The notes beneath the pieces are model-generated. The model saw only the letters and a list, made by a program, of their open reading frames with translations, had not been told where the DNA came from and did no database searches. A stretch of 64,000 nucleotides of DNA from the human T2T-CHM13v2.0 reference genome, Homo sapiens. Where the stretch lies: NCBI RefSeq assembly GCF_009914755.1, contig NC_060926.1, one strand, 5' to 3'. Positions 29,279-42,860 of the stretch are shown here, in pieces. How positions within the stretch are numbered: the stretch's first letter is position 1; the number at the start of each line of letters is the position of its first letter. The position numbers were made by a program, and so were the translations under genes.

Positions 29279-30828
29279 CTGTAAAATATCCAAACCCCAC
29301 CCCAGGGATTAGTCAGACAGACAAGACAAACCAAGATTCCAGAAACTTCATCATCCTTCACTACCAGCTAATAAATTGGATATATAAAAATTAAAATATA
29401 ATAAGAAAAAGAACAGCTGCAGACTATTCTTTCAACCAAGAAAATAAGTGAGTAAACATTAGATGGCAGACTTATCTCTGCCATAAGCAGTATGGAAACA
29501 TTGCTAAGACTATATGCCAGCAGTCAGCTCTCAGAGGCAACCCTGTAAAGAAACTAACACGGGACTGAATCAAATATGATAATAATATCATAATAATTAT
29601 TCACTTACTCATTTAATAAATACTTATCAAATGCCTTCAACATGCCAAGAACCATTCTCAGTATTCAACAAAGAACAAATAAAGGTGGATGTAGTCCAGT
29701 GCCACATATACAATTGTTTGAACTTCAAGGTTAAAAGGTCTGGGTTCAAGTATCAGTTCTGTGACTTGCTGTACTGACTTAGCCCAAGTGACTTAGGTAA
29801 TACAGACATATACACATGCCTATATACAAATAGGACACACAGATAACACAGAAACACTGAAACAAGGCATAAATGGATCATGTAGCATTTATAAGAGGCA
29901 ATATGTGTTACGTCTATGCAGACACAGGCTAAGAAGATGAAATCAGGGCCATAGTAGATTAGCCCATGATTGAGGACACAGAGTCTAGCTAGAATTGGGT
30001 TATGAGTGTTAAAGAGAAGTGCCAAGAGCTAGATGTGTGAAAAGACAATGAGAGCTTTCTGAGGGTGAGCTGAGTTCTGACACGGGAGATTTTGACTGAG
30101 AGAAACTAAACTTTTGTCAAAGGCTTTCCTTCCCAGTCAGTTTTAGCCTCAGACATCACACTAACAAATATTCAAAAATTGTAACTAAGTAAAACAAACA
30201 AATAAAAGCTTCTAGAAGGGGCACAGTCCCAGACTCATATCACTGCATAGAGGGAGAACCCTCACAGTACTTTTTGACTCAAGACATTCTCCATTTCTCC
30301 CTTTCCAGGAGATAGGTAAGTGCTGATGAGGACAAGTAGATGGCTGGTTGTGCAGAACAAAGGCAGAGGGCCAAGAGTGCAGTCATATCCAATGCCAGAG
30401 CCTGGGCTCTAGGCACACCTTCCTCCATGTCTGTCTTCACTGTGCAGCTGGGCAAACAGGCAGTATGGGCCTTGCCCTGTTTGGCCAAGTCTCCACTTCA
30501 TCCAGTTTCTTAGAATAGCTGTTATGAACTTCCTGAAGCAGGATGGGAATTGGCTGAAGTCCCAAACCTAAAACTTAGAAAAGTCCCTATACCCTCAGCC
30601 AAGAAAGGGATTTTAGAGATGAGAGAAGGAGTGGGGGAGAGACAGGCACACTGGTTGGTCTGGGCCAGGATGGTCCCAAACGGCCCCTCAGGCCATTTTC
30701 AGGTCATGCCTATTTTCATTAGCAAGTTAAAAGGCTTCTACCACTTCCTTCTGTTGACCCAAGGCCTCAGAGAGTTATCCTTTAGAAGAGAATTTCCCTT
30801 GACTTTCTACTCTAGTATCAGTATTTCT

Positions 30829-31414
30829 TTCTTTTTTTTTTTTTTTTATTATACTTTAAGTTCTAGGGTACATGTGCACAACGTGCAGGTTTGTTACATA
30901 TGTATACATGTGCCATGTTGGTGTGCTGCACCCATTAACTCGTCATTTACATTATGTATATCTCCTAATGCTATCCCTCCCCCTCCCCCCAACCCCACGA
31001 CAGGCCCCGGTGTGTGATGTTCCCCTTCCTGTGTCCATGTGTTCTCATTGTTCAATTCCCACCTATGAGTGAGAACATGAGGTGTTTGGTTTTTGTCCTT
31101 GCGATAGATAGTTTGCTGAGAATGATGGTTTCCAGCTTCATCCATGTCCTTACAAAGTACATGAACTCATCCTTTTTTATGGCTGCATAGTATTCCATGG
31201 TGTATATGTGCCACATTTTCTTAATCCAGTCTATCACTGTTGGACATTTGGGTTGGTTCCAAGTCTTTGCTATTGTGAATAGTGCCACAATAAACATGTG
31301 TGCATGTGTCTTTATAGCAGCATGATTTATAATCCTTTGGGTATATACCCAGTAATGGGATGGCTGGGTCAAATGGTATTTCTATTCCTAGATCCTTGAG
31401 GAATTGCCACACTG
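30829..31414 (-). mobile_element. 5'-truncated young L1PA 3' end (~590 bp)
   Basis: Poly-T then attatactttaagttctagggtacatgtgcacaacgtgcagg; TSD tag(t/c)atcag(t/c)atttct at 30813-30828 and 31415-31430. Confidence 0.95.
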
Positions 31415-31944
31415 TAGCATCAGCATTTCTGTCCTGTAGTCTTCAAAGACCACTCAAGACAGCTCCACTTTACTTGCTTCCTGGGACCACGACAGGTACT
31501 GAGAGTACCCCTTGTTCTAAAGTTCTTTCAGTACTGTGCTTTACACATTTCACTATATTTTCCTGCAACTCCTAGGGAAAGAACTATGAAAAAGGATAGC
31601 GTTTTTTCAATTAAAATTTTTTTCACAAATAAAAAAAAAAACCCTAGGAAGCCTTTTACTATTTGCCTATTGAGGAGCTGATAAGAAAAGTGAATGAAAA
31701 TCAGAAAAGTCTAGTTGGAAAACCATTTCTTAAAGCTATTTTAGATATTACTTTTTCAGCATATATGGACATATACATGCATGTAATAAAACTACCTTCT
31801 TTTTAAATGAATTCCTAATTTCTGTGATGGAATTAATGTATTAGTATTTCAGATTTATTGCTAATACTACCATGTATTTCTGGTTAATGACACATGGGAA
31901 GTCACTAGTGGACAGTGGAGAGAAGTTCATGGCTTAGCTGTAAG

Positions 31945-33359
31945 TTATGGGATCTTTGGGGTGTCGCTTTTCTGGCCGGAAACCTGTGGCCAGTGGCACC
32001 TTTGCCTGAGTTTTGCTCTGGCCCACTGGGTTTGTTCCACCCACTTGGCCTGGGAGGCTGAGCTCATGCCTGCCAGGGACACTGGAGTCAGGTGTGGAGC
32101 AGCAAGGGGTGTGTGTGAGTAAGTGTGGAGTCCGGCCACTGAACAGTCAGACATGCTGGGTGCTGCCATGGGGTGGGCAGCTCCAGGTGCCGGCATGGGC
32201 ACCAATTCTCTGTGAGAATGCAGCTGGACCAGGTGCACTGCATGCAGCTTTCCTGGATGGCACCAGGGAATGTGGCAGCACCCAGAAGCTTGGAGATGCC
32301 AGGAACCACAGGGCCCCAAAGAGGGAGTCACAGCCCTGGCTCAGGGAGCTCCCAGGTCTGGGCTCTACAAAGGGCTGCAGCTCTTCTCTCCTTCTCTTCA
32401 CCCATAATGTGGCAAGCAGGGGGCATATTTCAGCCATGTTTGTGTTACCCCAGCTCTTTTAGCCTTACCATTCAGTGGGTCTCAAGTTCTTTTCCTGCGA
32501 CCAGGAAGAATGAGGTACACAGACAAGCAGAGGATGAGAAAAATGAAGAGATTTATTGAGCAATAGAACAGCTCAGAGATGACCCACAGTGGGAAGCTCC
32601 TCTCAGTAGCCAGGGTGTCCCGGCAAGTATTCAGCTTCTAGCAGAAAGGGTTGCTCCTCTCTGCAGGCAGGTTGTCTCGATAAGTGTTCAGCTATCAGCA
32701 GAGAGAGTGGCTCCTCTCTGCAGCTGGTCGTCCTGTTGTCTCTCTGTCCTCTCCTCTGCTCTGGCTGAGCCCAGGGCTTTTATGGGCCTCAGAGGGGAGG
32801 AAGTGCATGCCAACTGGTCCACAGGCAGCCAAGTCCCTACTCTGGTCCGTGGGACTGGCAGCCTGGTCACAAGCCTTCAGGCCTTCTGTGGCCTGAAGGT
32901 CAGGCCTCACTGGGGACCTGCCCCATTCTGCCCAGGAACCTGTCTGCTTTCTGCTCCCATTCATGGCACCTGGGGTTGGCCCCAACTTTGCTCCGAGATT
33001 GGAGCAGCACTGACAACAGGGAGAAACCATGTAGTGGGAGCAGGCACTTCCAAGCCTACAAGGGCAGGGAGGGCCTTCCCAGGCCCCCAAGAGTGAAGGG
33101 ATGCCTGGGTCTGCAGCCACAGTTTGGGTGGCTGCAGCTGTGCTGGGGGTGGAGGACCGGGTTCCTGCCTGCTCCATGGAGCAGGAGGCCCAGGTCTGCA
33201 GCTGTGGTTTGGGTGGCTGCAGTTGTGCCCAGGAGGGTAGGGCTCTTGCCTGCTCCCCAGCTCCCACCAGCTCCATGGAGTCTGCAGCCCCAGTCTTGCC
33301 TCCCTGCTGCAGCCAGCATGATGGCAGTGGTGGGCCATTTAGGGCAGCCACTATCATCA
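31945..33359 (-). mobile_element. ERV1-class solo LTR (MER52-like), ~1.4 kb
   Basis: GC-rich block starting TGA(TGA)TAGTGGC and ending CCCCAAAGATCCCATAA on minus. 4-bp TSD taag (31941-31944 and 33360-33363), TATA-like CATAAAA (32778-32784) and AATAAA (32552-32557). Confidence 0.8.
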
Positions 33360-33849
33360 TAAGGATTTCCATTTTTGTCTTCCTGCCAAAGTCAATGCCA
33401 ATGGTGAGCCTAAGAGCTCTGGAATGACAAGCTATCTAATTTATTCCCCTACAGTCATGGAAGCTACATAACTCTATTAAGTTCAACCACCATGAGCCTA
33501 TAGATCACACTCTGGGTCCATGTTGCTTCCCACAGTCTTTTAGGGTGGCCTGAAGCTAGGTCATATGGCCTTCTCTGAGACAGATGGACAGAGAGTGAAC
33601 TCTGAGGGTACTTAACTAAGTTAGCTGCTTGGAGGCACACTTCTACTGGATTCCATAAAACAGTGTTAGAATGAACGGCCAAGAAAACCAGCAGGTCTAT
33701 TTATCCGTATAGTACTTTGATTTCCAGACTGACTTTCAAGGTCAATCAGACCCTCCCAGCCTGATTATCCACATACAACAACCTTGTTAGATTGCTATAA
33801 ATTCTCCTGCAAGGACACTCAATCATCATTAGTGACCACTAATATTCCT

Positions 33850-34951
33850 TTTTTATTTTTAAATCTTTCATTTGGAAATATTTCAAATTTATCAGAAAGT
33901 TGAAGGAATAAGCATAGTATAAAGAGCAACATATTGCTTCCATCCAGATCCATCCACTGTCAATATTCTACCCCACATGCTCCAGCACTTGAATTCTCTT
34001 TCTCTTCACACACATACACCCATGCATGTACACATATGCTATTTCTTTTCTTGAGTTTCTTCAAAGTAAACTGAGACTTTATTCCCAAATACTTCAGTGT
34101 TCCTAAGGATTAGGAATATTTTCTTATATAATCACAGTATAATTTTCAACTTCAGTTAATTTAATGTTGATATGATCCATATTCAATTTTGTAAGTTGAC
34201 CCAGTAATGTCCTTTATAGCCTCTTTTATTTTTGTTCCACTACATGATATAATTTTAGGATTGAGTATTATGTTTAGCTGTCATGTCTCTTTAGTTTCCT
34301 TTAATCTGGAATATTTATACAACCTTTCTTTTTCTTATATGATATTGATATTTTTGAAGAATATAGTTCCCCTGCCTCCATTTTTTCCCAGTTTGGTTTT
34401 GTCTAGTGGCTTCTTGTAAGATTCAAGACTGAATTCTTTAGCAGAACACTATCTAAGTGATGCTATGTCCTCCTCAGGGTATCACCTCTGGAGGCATACA
34501 AATGCTCATTTTTCCCTCATTGGTGATATTAATTTTGATCACCTGATTAAGATGTTGTCTGATTTCTTCCAACATCTGGTTATTATGTTTTCCTTTGGAA
34601 CTGTGAAGATTTAAGACATTCAAATATCTGTTATCCAGTGAGGATTCTTGCCTAACCCAATCTTTACTATGACGGTTGAAAACTGCTGATATCTCAACAC
34701 CATCCTTCCTTGCACATTTATGAGTTGTCACTCATTCTACTGTAAGCAAGTACTCTCTCTTCCCTGCTATTAATCTATCTATCCATTTGTTATTGGCACA
34801 AACTCGCCACCGTGCCCCTCCCCTCCCCTCCCCTTCCTTCCTTTCTTTCTTCCTTCCCCTTTCTTTTCTCCTTTCCTTTCCTTTCCTTCCTTCTTTCTCT
34901 TTCTCTTTCCTTCATTCTCTCTGTCTCTCTCTCTCTCTTTCTCCTTCTTCT

Positions 34952-34982
<31 letters not shown>

Positions 34983-35880
34983 GAGGCAGAGTCTCGCTCT
35001 GTCATCCAGGCTGTCACTGGGCTCACTGCAAGCTCTGCCTCCTGGGTTCACGCCATTCTCCTGCCTCAGCCTCCCGAGTAGCTGGGACTACATCTTTTCC
35101 TTCTTTCCCTCCCTCCCTCCCTTCCTTCCTTCTTCTCTCTTTTTTCCTAAGAGACCAGTTCTTGCTCTGTTGCCCAGGCTGGAGTGCAGTGGTGCAATCA
35201 TAGCTCACTGCAGCCTAGAACTCCTGGGCTCAAGTAATCCTCCCACCTTCACCTCCCTGAGTAGCTAGGACTACAGGCACACACCACTATGACCAGGTTA
35301 ACTTTTAAATTTTTATTTTTGTAGAGATGAGGTCTTGCTATGTTGCCCAGGCTGGTCTGGAACTCCTGGGCTCCAGTGATACTCCTGCCCCAGAAAGTAC
35401 TGATTTCTAAAGTTACTTAGGTTAGTATTTTCTTTGTCATTACTTTCAATATGGTTGTGTTTTTCTTCTATAATTCAGCTATGTTCATTTTTCACTGCTT
35501 GTGTTCCATTTTTGATTCCCCCACATTCCAGTTGATTTTCATTATTAATTTTGGGGTATGTGAAACAATACTATAGTTCTGAGAGTAACAGCAATATAAA
35601 AAAGTGTTCTCAGAGAAGTATTACTCCCTCCTCATCCCAACCTGTTCCCATTCTCCCCACTTCTTTCTACATATTTCCTATTCATTCCTGTAGATAACCA
35701 ATCTAGTTTCTCGTTTATCCTTCTTTTATTTATTTTACGCCAATGAGCAGAAACATATGTATTTTCTTATATCTTCCTCTTTCTCTCTTGAAGGGTAGCA
35801 CATCACAGCTACTCTTTTATGCTTTGTTTTGTCATGTAATGGTGTATCCTAGAACTCACTCCCCAGAAGCTCATTCCTCA
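33850..35880 (-). mobile_element. L1MC-type fragments interrupted by a CT-rich tract and Alu pieces
   Basis: ttttcaaatttatcagaaagttg...tttagctgtcatgtctctttagt...ttttgatcacctgattaag. Confidence 0.65.
34815..35400 (-). mobile_element. CT-rich low-complexity tract, truncated AluY right arm (~34955-35091) and AluJ (~35140-35400)
   Basis: gcaagctctgcctcctgggttcacgccattc (AluY) and ctcctgggctcaagtaatcctccc (AluJ). Confidence 0.85.
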
Positions 35881-36589
35881 TTAATGATTATATTCTTGAT
35901 TTATTCATGAAAATGCGGTTTTTGTAAACTAGGTAAGTAAAGTCATTTTCAAGGGACAGACCAGACATTACATTTTGGAGCATTTCATGTTAACTTGGTA
36001 GAATAGGAGAGTGTTAGATTTTTAGAGTAGGAAATTCTGATAAATGTTAAGGCTAATTCAATCAAAAGCAAACTCAACCCATCATTAATGATGCTTTGAT
36101 TTCAAACACAGAGTTATCTGTTTGTGGTATTTAATAGAACAGGGGAACTAAACTAGTGTAGTGGTTGATGTAATACTTTATAAGCTATATAGGTTAATTA
36201 AAATGGTAAATTATGTGATTACTGGTTATTATACAAAAATGTGTGTAAGTGGAAAAAGATATGACAAGGGGAGACATTTGTAATCAGTTTATATATTCAA
36301 CAGGCCACTATGATAGGATACTTTTTTTTCTTCCTATATAACTTTTATCTGTGTGACTCTTAACTAGGGCTTTGGCAAAGTTCTAAAGCTGCCTCTGCTA
36401 TATTTCCTTGTTTTTTTCAGAAAATTCCCTTAGCTTAGAAAGACTCAAATTGTAATTCTGATTTCATGGAGGGTGGGAACAGTGGAGAGGACCAAGAACT
36501 AGAAAGCATAAGCAACTTGCTAAAAATCACAAAGTAGACAAGTGGTAGAGACAGTTTGTTGGCTCACACTCCCCAAGATGCCACAGCTG

Positions 36590-36628
36590 GTTGTTTGTTG
36601 TTGTTGTTGTTGTTTTGTTTTGTTTTGA
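36590..36628. repeat. (TTG)n/(TTTTG)n simple repeat
   Basis: Direct reading. Confidence 0.85.
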
Positions 36629-38969
36629 TTTTTTAATCCTGATTGATTCTGTCTGAGTTAGATACTCATCTGAGACTAGGCCAAATTTCTGAACAGACTT
36701 TCTTTTTTGCCAGAGTAGCTGGGAAAGACTAGAAAAATCCAAACAAGCCAAAGTGGAAACCAGTCCAAGGCCATACAGTGAGTTAACTGGACAGAGAACA
36801 GACAGCATTATAATAGTAGAACAAATGCAAAGTTCCAGGAATGACCTTAGGAATGCGATTATTATTAGGATAAAGCAGGACTCTGTTGATCCTTGTTAGT
36901 GCACACAAATATACATGTCTCCAGCAGCAAGTCTAGAAATAATTCAGATGGATGAGTTGCTCATGGCTAAAGGATTAGAAGGAAATCGTCAAATAAAAAT
37001 TAAGGGCAATATTCAAGCAAACCATCCTGGGGGTACTTAAGTTTTCTTTGGCAGAAAGGATTACCCAAAAAAACTCAGAAAATAGAAATATGGAGCCTGG
37101 TGGAGAATGGCCTGCTTGTTCCTCCTCCTGGACTGTCTGTTACCAAATCAATTCATATCATGCCTATTCATGAGTGAAGAGAATTGTTGGACGTACCCTA
37201 CCTTCGTTGCCAATTCTTGGGATATGAGCCTCATCTCCCACGTAGACAGGAGCTCCCCAAGGATGGGGATTATGTTTTTTCCTTCTGACTCCTCAACAGC
37301 ATAGACTATCAAATGGCTAGATTCTCAGCAGGTAGTCAGCAAAGACATGGCACATGGAATTAAATAGGTCAGCTAACATTTTGTAGCAATGATACTGGCC
37401 AGATGGTGGGAGAGACTTATACTTTGTGCTTCTCATATCAAACATTCAAATGGACCAAACCTAAGCTCCTCTTGCCCAGCACTAGAAGAAAAGTTGTATA
37501 AGGAAGAAGGAAGCATCAAACAGGAGATGTGATACCTATGACAGGTGAGTGGGAATCCAGTCCCAGACATTTGAATTCAAGGTTCCAATGGAAGACACCT
37601 ATGACTAGTGACTGGGAACACAGCAGATGTTTGGTGACATGTGGGCTGGGTCTTAGTAGGCAGCATGGGGCCTACCTCATGTTAGAGAAAGCCTCCTCTT
37701 TCCAGAAAACCTGCAAAGATTCCATGGGAAGCAAAGGGTAGTATGAGCTAAGGTAGGCATGCAGACAGACACAGATGCTAAGACACACTGACAGTGACCA
37801 TACCCCTCTTCCCCAGGGGTGATTTTCTTTACATGCATGTTTTCGCTTGAACAGGAACACTGAGTCCTGTAGAGAACTGCGCTCCCAAAGCAGGTGCATC
37901 CTTGAAGTAAATTTGATGTAGGAAAACCTGAATTTGCACTTTATATACATTCCAGAAGAATTCTTCATGTTAAACAGGATAGACTACAAAATGATTTCAA
38001 ATAACATGCTTTTCTGGGACACTTAACATATAATCCAAGAAAAATTCTAAAAATTCTACCTCTTCAGAGCATGGCCACTGTATAAAGTGCAGTCCACTTT
38101 CACTAACATACAGAACACTAACCCCAGAGCAGCTTCATTTGTCCACTCCCTGCCTTTGACAGGATGAAACTAATTATATCATTATAAAGTATTTTCATAA
38201 TCACTGATCCACATCTGCCTTTTTTTGGAGGCAGTAGAGCACAGCAAAAAGAGTTCCAAGGCTGAGGGTCCTCTGACTGATAGTGTGACCCCAGGCATGA
38301 CACCAAATCTGTTTTTCTGGTTCAGATGTGGAATCATAATAGCTTCTATCAGCAGCTGAGAGCAGATTAAGAGAACAATTGTAAAGTCTACTAAAAAGCA
38401 TAGAATTGACCAATGACCCATTTGTGTTTATTGCCCAAGATTTCCTCCAACTCCCTGTCTCTGGTGCTGGGCCTCTGTGATTCAAAGAAGGGCATCCTGA
38501 GTCTGCCTCCTGTGTCTCCTCAGGAGCACTTCCTGACACAGAAATCTGGGCAAATGTAGAAAATGCAAAGCAGGGCTTATTTCGACAAACATAAATTGAG
38601 TACCAACAATGTCTCAGTCACTCTTCTAGGTACTGCATATGAAATGATGTTAAGACGTTATCTCTAGTCTTGAGGAAATCAGTCTGGTAAATAAATTGAT
38701 ACAGAATGATGTGAATACCCTAACAGGTACTCTAACAGGTTACAAAGAAAGTTCAAAAGAAGGGCATCTAAGCCTGAGCCAGGTAGGTGGTGACTGGTAG
38801 GATGGGGTGGGGGTGTCAAGCAAGGAATCTGACATGGCTAGATCTCTCAGGAGTGCTTTGGGAATAACCAAGACAAATGAGGCCTCATATGCTAAGCTAA
38901 GGAGATTGATTTTAGCCTAGAGACTTCTCTGCTTGTTCTCATCACTGCTGCTACCTGCTTTTTTCTAGA

Positions 38970-39170
38970 TCAGAAGATGGAAAACTAAAGTCACCACCTG
39001 TTGTAAATAAAGTTTTGTTGAAACATAGCCATGTTCATTGATTTACATAATTATCTATGCTGCTTTTATGCTATAATAGCTGAGGTAAGTAGTTGTGACA
39101 GAGACCATATGACATGGGAAGCTTAAAATATCCACTATCCAGTCTTTTACAGAAAAGGTTTGCCTGTAGA
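38970..39170. mobile_element. MER58A-like hAT-Charlie element
   Basis: ttgtaaataaagttttgttgaaacatagccatg...gagtagttgtgacagagacc...tttacagaaaaggtttgcc. Confidence 0.75.
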
Positions 39171-39666
39171 TCCAAGGCAGGGAGGGCAGTATGCTCTGAA
39201 ATTCTCTCAGATGTAAGGCATTTAATACCTAGTAAAGAAAGAAGAAAAAAATGGCTTTAGAGAGACCCTTCCCATTATAATGAGATGGCATAAAATTCAT
39301 TATCTTAACAACTGGCGTAAGAATTATTTTATGGGAGAAAAACATGTTTGGGGAAATATCCTGCTTGGTGAGACCCCCAAGGTGCCAAGACATCTAGTAG
39401 AGAAGGTAGAAGGAATTTGGTATTCTGGTTCTTGAGAGGCAGAATGTGAAGAGAGGAGATTAACTAACATGTGTGAGAAGGGCTAAGAAGAAAATCCTTC
39501 ATGGTATTGTGGTTCCAGACAACTTTGGAGACCTGGGGAATCTAGTAAGTGACTTTTCAAAACTGTTTGCTGTGCAATTCATGACACAATCAACCTTCTT
39601 TACAAACCCAACCCCTCAATCCCGGTCTTTAGACAAATCCACTCTGCTCCCAATTGCTTGGGTGAA

Positions 39667-39672
<6 letters not shown>

Positions 39673-39721
<49 letters not shown>

Positions 39722-39735
39722 CATATGTGTGTGTG
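39673..39735. repeat. Compound (CT)n(GT)n microsatellite
   Basis: Direct reading. Confidence 0.9.
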
Positions 39736-42224
39736 CACAACTCAGAGCAGAAGCTGTTTCACACCTAGAAAGCTGCAGAACTGCCCTATGGAACTGGGAG
39801 TGCAGGAAGCAAGAAGGCTGGAGGTGTCTACGGATTCACAGAAATCTGGAGGAGGCCTTTGGATTTTCCATAGGCTATGGAACTGTGGTAGAGAGAGGTT
39901 CCAAATTTTTCTGATCTCTGTAGATTAAGGGGGTCAAGCTTATACCTGAGCTTTGCAACAACGGCCAGTAACAGGTTGGTTCCTGGCCCTACGTCTGAAC
40001 TCCTCTTCTTTTCCCTAGTTGAGTGAAGGCAGAAGAAGAGGTAGGGGAAGGCACAAAGAGTGGCTGTGCAGCTCCCTGCTTTCCCTGCAGCCCAGCTCCA
40101 GGTGGATGGAAGCTTCATTAAGTTCTTTATCAGTGACCAACTGCCTATCAGCAGCTTCCTCTGAAAGGGAACATCACCCTGAGAAATATTTATTTGCCGC
40201 ATAAATGTGGATTTATAGGTTTTCTGTCTAAAATTTTCACCTTTTCTCTCTTGGTAAAGAGAAAAAAAGAAAGATAGGGAGGCTTCAGATTCTCCTGTTG
40301 TTACCAGCTGGTGCCTAGAGGAAGACTCCCAAATAAAAATGCCAACACCAAGTATTCCTTTGAGTCAGAGACTGTCCTGTAGGGCCATTTCTCACTGATG
40401 ACAGCATCTATCCTGCTGCAGGGACCAGAAGGAAAACCTATTATCACACTGGCTGATAATAACCATGTACACATACATGTTCAAGGGGAGGATGGGAGGC
40501 CCCTGTCATGGGCTGACTCAGTTGTCCCTTGTTGGGGTGGCAGAAGCAGGCAGGTGTGAATTTTCAATGGAACTGCTGCCACAGATGTTGTAGGAGAAGA
40601 AGGTAGGAGCCATGGACCAGTGTTTATTTTCTTGCAGTATAGTGTGACTTGTTAAAGGTTCCTAGGTGGGTGAATTAGGGACTATATTATTGAGTTGTTA
40701 ACTAAACTACCCTCCCTCTCTGGACAAAATGACTAAGTGGCTTAAATAAAATCCCTGCAAAGAGACCACAGAGTGAAGACAATACTAACAATGTAAGTGT
40801 AAGCAAATATCGAGAAAATGGCAGAGCTCAAAAATCTCCTAATCATAATACAAGCTCTTTATCAGCCACATTATAAAATAATAATAGTAATAAGCTAATC
40901 AGATTTGATAAGTCAGTCCCCCAAATCTGAAATTATCAAAAAAGCTATTTATATTATTTGTATTCATTATTATGAAAAATGAAATTTACTTAACCTGAGT
41001 ACATATTGTGCCTTGAATTATTAATATTAGTATGTGTGTATGTACAAGCAGACTTTCAAAGGTAATGATAATGTTCTGTCTATTAAACTGCAGTGGGAAG
41101 AAAGTTATATGTGGGAATAACCTTTTGCAGCTACTCAATGTCTAATTATAATTTATTAGTAAATTTTTATACACACAACTATATTAGGGGTCAGCCCTTA
41201 AAATGTCTTTTACCAACAGTGAATTTCAATCAAAAAACTTTGGAGACACTGGGTGATAACCTGCAGGGAAAACTACTGCAAATTCATAATGAAAATGATT
41301 CAAGTTATTTTTTATAAATGGATAAATTAAGAAACATAGTTGTAGAAAATTACATCTTGCCTTATATGAGTCATTATTACAAATTACAACCCAGGCATCC
41401 TATGATAGGCAGAAGAAAAAATACCTAACATTAAGGGATCGTAAAGCAGGTAATGTCCTTATACCCTGGGTAAATTTAGAATAAGCTAGGCTCTCTGTGG
41501 CCTATGAAATATGCTTGAGTCTGGTAGAAAGACTCAGCACTAGACAAATTAACTTCTTAAGATCTTTAGCCCAACTAGATATGCATTTAAAATCAATTTT
41601 GTTTACTTGGATTTGAAGGCTAGAGACTGAGTAAAATTGCAACTCAGAATTTCATTGCCAAATTTTGGAACTAATCAATAGTTTCAGCAAAGAAGCATTA
41701 GATAAGTGGTTCTTGACCACCAAGGGATCATTTTTGTTTGTTTGTTTTCCATCCATAAACTTCAAATTTCAAAAGGGTTCTGCCTCCCAAACATTTTGTT
41801 AAGTAAACACTAGTTCCCAGGAAGACGATAGTTTCAGACCTATAGTGGTGGTATATTTGTTACTTCCTTTGTCATTAAGTTCATTTTCCTCCTTTCAATT
41901 CTATTTACTAATTAGTTTTTATGTAAAAATTTAACGAGCCACTTCAAGTCTACTTTGGACATAAGTGGGATTAAATAAATAGATAAAAAGTGTTCACCAG
42001 CATGCTATCTGTCCTTGAGGGTCAAAGGAGGGGCCCAGGCATTGAGTACCATATGCATTCAGATCAAGGGAAAATCAGGCCCAAAATATTTTAAGTTCCA
42101 GTCTGCCAAAAAGTTGGGCATGATTTAGGTAAACAGAAGAGAATGAAGGGAATTTCAAGCAAAGAGACTAGTGGAAGCAAAGGAGCAGAAATAGGAGTAG
42201 CTGAGATGTATTCAAAGGAAGAAG

Positions 42225-42860
42225 AAAATAGACATTTCTTGAATACCTATTATGTGCCATACTGGGCTAGTTATCTTACTTACCCATTTCATTTGATCCC
42301 GAGGAAAATCAACAGCAGAAGAGGTAGGTACCTCCATTTTATAGATACAGAAAAGAAATCCCAAAAAGGTTAAAAGAATGGGCCAAAAGGAACATATGCA
42401 GTAAGTGACAGAGTCAGGACTTGGACCCATGACAATCTGACTCCCAAGCCTGATCTTTTCCTCCATTCCCTTTCGAGCCTCTGTCAAGGGCTAATTGGAT
42501 GAAAGCAGAGGGCATATAAAGGAATAGCAGTGAAGAGGCTGAAGAGGAAGTGGTGGGGTTAGACTATGCAGAGTACTGGAGTACTGACTCTCAGTCTAAG
42601 GACTTAAAAATAATCTATATTCCACGGGGAGTGGTAACATTTCAGTAGCAATTTATTTAGTGGGATAAATTTGGCAGTAGCATACAAGATGGACTAGAGG
42701 AGAAAATTTCTAATCAGGAAGATCTGAGACAATGAGGATCTGGATTGGGATGGCAACAACAGGATGACAGAGGAATGGCCACTGTCTCAGGTCGGACTGA
42801 AGGATTTGAAGGCTGACTGAATGTTGGAGGAGACAAGGAAGACTAAAACGTGATCACAAG
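42225..42860. mobile_element. MIR (minus) followed by an L2 fragment
   Basis: ctccattttatagatacagaaa...gtaagtgacagagtcaggac...tctgactcc; then L2-like purine-rich text. Confidence 0.6.

Noticed and set aside
31052-31412. L1 ORF2 C-terminal peptides (also 53526-53765 and 61329-61952)
   Set aside because: Frameshifted remnants of 5'-truncated L1 copies; not autonomous.
31945-33427. Dense stack of 60-225 aa ORFs on both strands
   Set aside because: All lie within the GC-rich solo LTR, which is poor in stop codons; no gag/pol/env similarity seen.
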